A stretch of DNA of 57,118 bases, filler included, from Basidiobolus ranarum (taxonomy: Eukaryota): assembly GCA_040143965.1 (NCBI GenBank). It is 5 parts of 5 records of this genome, joined end to end, with 100 filler letters (N's around TTAATTAATTAA, not from the genome) between each part and the next. Parts side by side here need not be neighbours in the genome. Positions count along the whole stretch, not along the records: positions 45,795 to 57,118 come from JASJQH010007498.1; 4 more parts are not named here. The stretch is one strand, 5' to 3'. Shown one piece after another: positions 49,601-57,118 of this stretch. Every line of letters starts with the position of its first letter. The stretch's first letter is position 1. The notes beneath the pieces are model-generated. The model was not told where the DNA came from. It saw only the letters and a list, made by a program, of their open reading frames with translations, and made no database searches. A program made the translations under genes and the position numbers.

Positions 49601-52600
49601 TTTGACTGATGGTTAAACAAAAGAGGGAAGTGTGAAGAATAATTAATCGCAAGAGTTCCCCAGTTGAAAAAACTGTTGGCAATCTTGCTAAAGGTTACAG
49701 GTAACAAACTCAAAAAGGTTTGTCAAAAGAGAATCCGGGTAAAAAATATTCAAGTACCCAGGTAGTCTACTGATTTTTAGCGTTTTCGTTCAAGTATCTA
49801 TGAACAAAAAGTATATAAATAGTGTACGGAATTATTATCTCTACTAAGAAGCCACTAAAGAACTCTTGTAACGGAAGAGAATGGATACCAATACTAAGCT
49901 GTAGATCAGTAAATTCTCAAATAAAAGAAATCTATACCAAATCAAACTATTGCCAAGGCAATTTGTAAAGGTTGTTTGTTACGTAAACCTTTATGGTTAG
50001 CTAATGGAACGTAACTATAAAGAAGGGGTAAGAAAAAAATACTGTCAAGGGAAGTAGTTTGAGTATAGTAAGTAGGGAAGAAAGGGGCGCAAATCGGTTT
50101 AACTGGAAAATAGAAATATACAAATGAAATGAATTCACTGAGATTTTCAGGAAAAGTAGATAAATAGCAATCGATATTCTACCAAATAAAATGATGCGAG
50201 AGTAAAAAAAGGAACATCTCGATGATATCCTGCAATGATATTAGAATGTTCCCACAAAGAAAAGTAGAATGCGATCCGATCCATATATTGTTACCGTGAC
50301 CAGAATCAGTCACTGATTGGATAAAGATTCCGCCTTCTATATATAAATGCGGATCAATCTGATACAGGTGAACCTCATTTGTTGATCATATCTGACTCTC
50401 CTTGTACCTATTCAAAGCTTTGGTTTGCACAAGACTCGAAGATAATAAGGAAATGTGAATCCATAGCACTACAATGTATGATTTCAATTCAATTATCTAC
50501 AATGTAAATTTCTCAGTGCTTGAAACAGAGCGAAATGACCATATTACTGAAATTACCTTAATTTAATATGTGATGTATAACAAACTAATGAGTTTAACGC
50601 TAGCAAACAGAATCTTTTCCTAAATAAAGTTCAGTATACATAGATAAAGGGGTTTTTTTGCTTCAAACAAGAATATTGAACTTTTAAGGTTTGCGAAGGT
50701 CCCTTATAATGTCGGGATTTTACTTTATCGGTATACTGTAATTATTTTTAATGCTTTAACTCCAAAAAGGAGGAATTTGGATTGAAATGAATTGAATGCG
50801 TGTCAACTCATTCATCCTTTTTAGAATAGTCCGAGGTTTTCAAAGTCTCCACAACTTTCCCAAAACAGTATTCTCCAAAGCTGAGATACATTTCAACCCC
50901 TGAACGAACAGTAGTGTTCTCAATCTTTTCCATATTGAGACTTTATAAAAAGTTACTAGAGAATTTTCAGAAAATAATAGGCGAAAAGCACACTAACGTT
51001 AAACCTGTAGAGCGCTTGACTCCAGCAAAAACGGTAGAAATAAGTGCGGCATCTACAGCGTAGTGAAAAAGACGGCCTGACATTTTACAAAAGGTTATAA
51101 AAAATTGCAAGAGGAATTTTAGGCTTATATAGGGTTAGTGAGGTAGATATATAACAATCCGCTAAATAGAGATAATCATGCATAATTTTATATATTATTT
51201 ACTGATACGTGTGATTTTACCAGTGAAAAAGTATATGTTATATTACATTAGTAGTTCGAAAGCAGAGTAGTGCTTTTGGTCTCTTGATCCTGTAATAGAT
51301 GTGTCAGTATTTGTATCAGATATGTTTAAATTCTCGTTATCACAACCTGGTGAAATGCGAGACTATTATGTTACAAGATGTACAAGGGAGCAATGTTCAT
51401 CACGTAGATCTCTACAAGCTATCAGAACACAACTTAGTTATGGTTTTGTATATATTGGTAATCATCGTAGCGAGCACAAAAGTTTCAACTGTAGACTTAA
51501 ACAATTAAGCCTCACTTTATACAAGACTAAGATACGTATAAGTTTGTGTAGAAAGTGGATCATGGTTAATGTAACAAATACTTTTATAATGACTTTACAA
51601 ATAAAAGGATATATAATATAGTGTAGGTTACTGTTTCAATGTTCACTGATTTTATTTGGAAGTGGTTAGGAAAGCTAGAAGCGGTGTTTGAAGTAGTTGA
51701 GGCTCTTGAAATATATGAAATACACTCTATTGATCTGTTTGTTTAAAAATATATTCCAATTTATTCGGCAAGTAGTGTGTATAAAATATGGGAATTTTGT
51801 TCATGTTTAATCATTATAGCTGTGAAGCCATTGGCGATGAAGAAAATGGAATCTATTGAGTTAATTTGTGATGAGGGTCTTTCGAACTCATGGAGCCCCA
51901 ACATCTCATCATATATTCTTTTACAATTTTAGGAGATTAGTTACTATACGCTTTAAGTATGCGTAAATTATACAAGAAACTCTAATTTTTCAACGAGGCC
52001 CCAGAGCATTTCCCAGATTCTGGTCCATCTTTCCACGCTGAGGCTGCGGTATCCTAAAGTGCTCATGACTGAACATAACCTGCTGCTGTTCTGGAACATC
52101 TGCTTTACCGCACTTGTTTAAGTAATGTGGCCTAACCTTTTTAGAGCGTTAGTCATGTGACTGAGGCACTAAGCAAGGTAAAAACAGCTCAAGTCGTTCA
52201 ACAAAGTAATCTTCAACTGGTTTATACAGCTATCAGTTTACCATAGCTTTAATTATTGTGGTTTTAACTCGTAGATTTCGTTTTATTAATTACATTTGGT
52301 TACCCCGCTCACATAATTGGTACTATCAGCTCGGAAGAGATCTAGAGCTGCTTCGTCTGTTTTAACGAAGTAGCTTAAAAGATTATCCATCCTTAGGGGC
52401 TTATGGTTTGCTCTCTGTTTATTCGTTAGATTTTTGGTACTATTATTATGATAATGCCTGTTAGCCATCTACACACGTTTTGAGAGTTATTTCCATATTT
52501 TCTCTGTCTCTTGGCTTACACACACACACATTATCTTGTCTTTGGCTTCTCTTTCTCTTCCTTTCGAAATTTCGCAACATGGAGTAATTTCATTCACAAT

Positions 52601-53376
52601 GTGACCAGCCCTAAATGGGTAATCGATGTTGGTGTTTAAAGTTTCGCTTATATATAGCGATCACTTGATTGGTGGGTGCGATTCGCCTAGACTCAGTGAA
52701 TAATATTTGTAATCAAGTCCGTTTATGTATTAACCAAACAAGCCATAGGGCAAGTTTTTAACCAACAAATAAGTACAATAGCTGATTCTTTAGGAAATGC
52801 TTTGTCGACACAATAGTTACGTTTCTCTATGTCATGTCCAAGGTGACAGACTTAGGGCTAGGGTAAGCTCTAGTTAGACACCGAGGCAACCCATGCTAGT
52901 TCTCATTGCTTTGTTAATATCCGCACTAAGCCCAGAGTCGAATGTTTTCCGGAAATATGAGGGGCACCATGAGTCGAGACCGTACGGTTTTAGAGCTCAT
53001 CATTTGACTGGACTTTTGTTGATCGACAAACCAAATCACTAGCAATTCGAATTTGAGAAGTGATCGATTTTTTTCATTGCCCCTATTATAGATGTCGATT
53101 GTACGATTTTACTATATTCCGAGTAAAGTAACCTTTTTTGGTCTATAGATATCCAAAAGTGGTAATAAATAAATAAGGATCATCTTTTGCCGTGTTTTGG
53201 ATGATATCAGGACGATTTAATACATGGATATTGGTTACCAAGGAATGTGATCAAATTCATTTATAAGGGCTACCTCTCTCTCAGTCACATCATCAGTTAG
53301 AAATTAATATTCCTCTCAAGTCATATTTCCGCCTCCTACTCTGTCTCTAATTGCCGTGCTATAGAATTTACTTATC

Positions 53377-56300
53377 ATGGCCCCGAATACTGAAGTACTT
53401 ACCGCAACTCCTGCTCAGCAAACTATCGTAGTTGTTGGGCTCGGAATGGTCGCCGTTTCCTTCATTGAAAAAGTTCTCAGCTATGATACCGCTCATATGT
53501 ACACCATCAAGGTCTTTGGTGATGAACCCGAGGGTATGTCTAGGTTTATTAATCCCAAAATCACATGCCAATGATACTAATTTCTCATAACAGTTGCTTA
53601 TAATCGTGTCGGTTTGACTCAATACTTCGCTCATCGCGACCCCAACAAACAGTTGATGAAGCCCCGTGAGTGGTACACCGAAAATAATGTTGAAGTCCAC
53701 TTGGGCGACCTTGTTGAAGAGATCGATACTGTCGGTCAGCGTATTCGTGCCAACAAGAGTGGATGGGTTAATTACGATATCTGTGTCATTGCCACTGGTT
53801 CGTCTGCTGCAGTTCCCCCAGGTGTCCCCCCTATGGATAGCGTGGGTGGTATCTTCGTTTACCGTACTCTAGAAGATCTTGAAAAGATCATCGCTTGGAC
53901 CAACCGTGAAAACGTAAAGCGTGCTACTATTGTTGGTGGTGGTCTCCTCGGTCTTGAAGCTGCTAAGGCTGCTAAGGATCTCGGTCTCGAAACTACTGTA
54001 TACGAACGTACTGACCGCCTTATGATGCGCCAATTGGATGGTGAAGCATCCCGCCTTTTGGAAGCTGAAATTGCCAAACTCGGTCTTACCTCAATTGTGG
54101 GTGATTGCCCGATGGGTCTGGATCAATCGGATGATGATCTAGATGCCACAAGAAAGAAGATCTGCGGTTTCACCACTGCTGCTGGTCTCAAAGTCGAGAC
54201 TGATATGCTCATTTACTCTATCGGTATTCGTCCTCGTGATCAATTGGCTCGTGAATCTAACGGTGCCATTCAGCTCGGTGAACGTGGTGGTATCATGGTA
54301 GATAATCAACTTCGTACCTCCGCTGAAAACGTCTACGCTATTGGAGAGTGCGCTAACTACAAAGGCATGTGCTACGGTTTGGTCGCCCCTTGCTACGATA
54401 CTGCTGAAGCTGTTGCTCGCAATCTCACCACCCGTCTTCATGAACCCGAAGCCGATAAGGCTACTTTCAAGGGCTCTGATATGTCAACCAAATTAAAGTT
54501 GATGGGTGTAAATGTAGCTTCTTTCGGTAACCCTTTCCCTGATGAGGCTACTCATCAAGCCCTTGTTTACCGCGATCCTTTCTCTGGCGTTTACAAGAAG
54601 TATCAATTCACCAAGGACGGAAAGCGCTTGGTTGGTGGTATGATGGTTGGTGATACCAAGGACTACACCAAGGTTCTTTCCATGAGTCGCTCCTCCAAGA
54701 ATTTGGATTGCGATCCCTCTGAGCTTATTTTGGGTACTCAAACTGAAGCTGGTGGCAATGGTACTGATTCGTTACCTGATGATGCTCAAATTTGTTCTTG
54801 CTTAAATGTCACTAAGGGTGAAATTCGTAAGGCCATCAAAGAGAAGAACTGTACTAGTGTCGATCAAGTAAAGGTTTGCACCAAAGCCGGTACTGGTTGT
54901 GGTGGTTGTGTTCCTCAAGTGACTGAAATCTTCGAATCCGAAATGAAATCTATGGGTAAAACTGTTAGCAATAGTTTATGCTCCCATTTCAAATACAGCC
55001 GTGCCGAACTTTACACTATCTGTAAAGTTAAGGGATTGAAAACTTTCAAAGATATCGCTCGTGAAGCCTCCACTAATCCCGCTACCGCTGGTTGTGAAAT
55101 TTGTAAGCCTGCCGCTGCTTCAATCTTGTCTTCCTTGTGGAATGAGCATATTTTGTCCGCTGACCTTGCTTCTCTTCAAGAAACAAACGATCGTTATCTC
55201 GCTAATATTCAACGTGGTGGTCTCTACTCTGTTGTACCCCGTATGCCCGGTGGTGAAGTCACCCCCGAAGGTTTAAGTGCGATTGCCGAGGTGACCAAGG
55301 AGTACAATTTGTACAACAAGATTACAGGTGCTCAGCGTTTCGATTTGTTCGGTGCCAGAAAGGAAGATTTGCCCAAAATTTGGGAGAAACTTGTCGATGC
55401 AGGCTTTGAAAGGTAAATAACTTTAATATTAGAAATTGTTGAATAGAATTAGATACTTACGGCCCTTTCCTTTCTAAAGTGGTCACGCATACGGTAAATC
55501 TCTTCGTAATGTCAAGTCTTGTGTTGGTTCCACCTGGTGTCGATATGGTCAACAAGATTCTGTTGGCTTCGCTAAGAGGGTAATGAATGATTTGTACTTG
55601 GAAAGAAAAGTACAGTAACTAACCTACCCATTTTTTACTTTAGCTTGAAAACAGATATAGAGGTATTCGTTCCCCTCATAAGCTCAAGGGTGGTGTCTCT
55701 GGCTGTATTCGTGAATGCGCCGAAGCTCAGGGCAAGGATTTCGGTCTGATTGCTACCGATAAGGGTTACAACGTGTACGTTGCAGGTAACGGCGGTACCA
55801 AGCCCAGACACGCCGATTTGTTGGTTGCCGAAGTATCAGAGGAAGATGCTACCAAATACATCGATCGTTATTTGATGTATTATGTCATGACTGCTGATAG
55901 ACTTCAACGTACTGCCAGATGGATGGAGAAATTGCCCGGAGGTGTTAAATATCTTCGTAAGGTAATTATGGACGATCATCTTGGTATCTGTGCTGAGTTA
56001 GATAAGCAGATGGAGAGCTTAGTCGATACCTTCCAATGTGAATGGCGCACTGTCGTCAAGAACCCAGAATTGAGAAAACAATTCGAGGAGTTTGTCAATA
56101 CTAAGGAAAGTGGTGGTCCTCTCATCGAAATGATCAATCAGCCTCCCCGCCCTGCTGACTGGCCCAAGGTAGTTCCTGCTCTTCCTTCTTTGAAGAAGAA
56201 GGTTACCTCCATGGAATGGATGAACGTCGGTTCCACCGAATTGTATCCTCTGGATCAGGGTAAGGTCGTGCTTATTGGTAATACCCAGATTGCTGTCTTC

Positions 56301-56708
56301 CATACTAGTGACGACAAGTGGTATGCTACCCAGAACATGTGCCCTGTCAAGCGCGATCTTGTATTATCCGGAGGTATCCTTGGTTTCCGTAGCACCGAGA
56401 ATGGAGACGAGAGCTACATCTGCTGTCCTATCCACAAGGTATATATCTTTATTATAATCCTCTTCACTTGTATTTCTGATTTGCTAATCCCGTGATTATA
56501 GAAAAGCTTTGATCTCAAAACTGGTAACTGCCTCAGCGATGACAACCTCCACATTGAATCATTCAACGTTAAGGTCGAGGAAGGACAAGTCCACCTTGAA
56601 TTACCTCCCGTCGAAATCCTTAACAAAGTTCTATCGACAAAGAAGATTATGATTAAGCAATCTATGAATGCTAAACGTGCCAGCACCGAAATGGACATGG
56701 ATTGGTAA
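53377..56708 (+). CDS. niiA: NAD(P)H-dependent siroheme nitrite reductase (NirB-NirD-type fusion, fungal niiA type), 5 exons
   Basis: FAD motif VVVGLGMV, AYNRVGL, NAD motif IVGGGLLGLEAA, BFD-like Fe-S motifs CSC..GTGCGGC and C.H..GCEICKP, siroheme/4Fe-4S motifs CVGSTWC and SGCIREC, C-terminal Rieske-like domain. Introns 53534-53593, 55413-55479, 55580-55643, 56439-56500. Confidence 0.95.
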
Positions 56709-56966
56709 ACATACTATCCTGGCTCAATGTTATATCAATTATACCTTAGAGATTAGATTTCATGATATTTTAAATAGTTACTGCGTTCATCCAAATAGAT
56801 GCATAATAGTCAATATTTGTATAAAATAAAAAGTAAAAAATTACTCAATGACTTGGTATGGATCAATAAGAGAAATTCGTTTTTATTACCAGGTGAGTCC
56901 GATATTTCGACAGGACGTAAATATAATATAATTGAATGGAACGCATGCCAGTAACCACACGAGAGG

Positions 56967-57116
56967 CTAATGAAGTCCTTTCTTTTCGGCTTCAGCTGCC
57001 TGTAACGCAGCATCTCTGTCCTCTTTATAGGTATACTTGGTGGCCAAGAAGCAGAACACAGCGTTGGCGACAAGGCCAATACCACAGTAGAGGAAGTATT
57101 TGGGAGGTCCTTGCAC
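56967..57116 (-). CDS. C-terminal fragment of a membrane transporter, probably POT/PTR (SLC15/NPF) family, cut by window end
   Basis: A frame not in the ORF track gives VQGPPKYFLYCGIGLVANAVFCFLATKYTYKEDRDAALQAAEAEKKGLH*: a last TM helix followed by a YTYK motif resembling POT transporter C-termini. Confidence 0.5.
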   Translation of the reverse strand: MQGPPKYFLYCGIGLVANAVFCFLATKYTYKEDRDAALQAAEAEKKGLH

Positions 57117-57118
57117 TG

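Noticed and set aside
56810-57085. 91-aa minus-strand ORF from the track
   Set aside because: A different minus frame (57116-56967) gives a more protein-like TM helix and tail, so the listed ORF is probably the wrong frame.

Overview
This is AT-rich, intron-containing fungal genomic DNA from an early-diverging lineage (Basidiobolus-like by inference from gene content, not proven). The window is not one locus. It is five separate contigs of 11383, 11345, 11337, 11329 and 11324 bp, joined in descending size order by identical 100-bp N44-TTAATTAATTAA-N44 linkers. Contig 1 holds an orphan membrane ORF, a degenerate intron-containing Fanzor1 (eukaryotic TnpB-like RNA-guided nuclease) element with a candidate omegaRNA and 3' end, an ankyrin protein, a caleosin lacking the second heme His, VTI1 and a truncated ELMO pseudogene. 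Contig 2 holds a probable LINE relic, an AGC/YANK (STK32-like) kinase, the ADP1 ABCG transporter and a short gene start interrupted by a repeat. Contig 3 holds the 5' part of a multimodular NRPS (partial C-A-T-E-C-A-T-E...) and repeat-rich DNA. Contig 4 is a tandem array of 8 full, partial or relic copies of an unrecognised family of intronless ~144-aa secreted proteins with 4 conserved cysteines, in three subtypes. Contig 5 holds a double-CRIB PAK kinase, an NAD(P)H nitrite reductase with an altered Rieske motif, and the 3' end of a probable POT/PTR transporter. The best novelty candidates are the secreted-protein array, the Fanzor relic with its putative omegaRNA, and the epimerase-rich NRPS.
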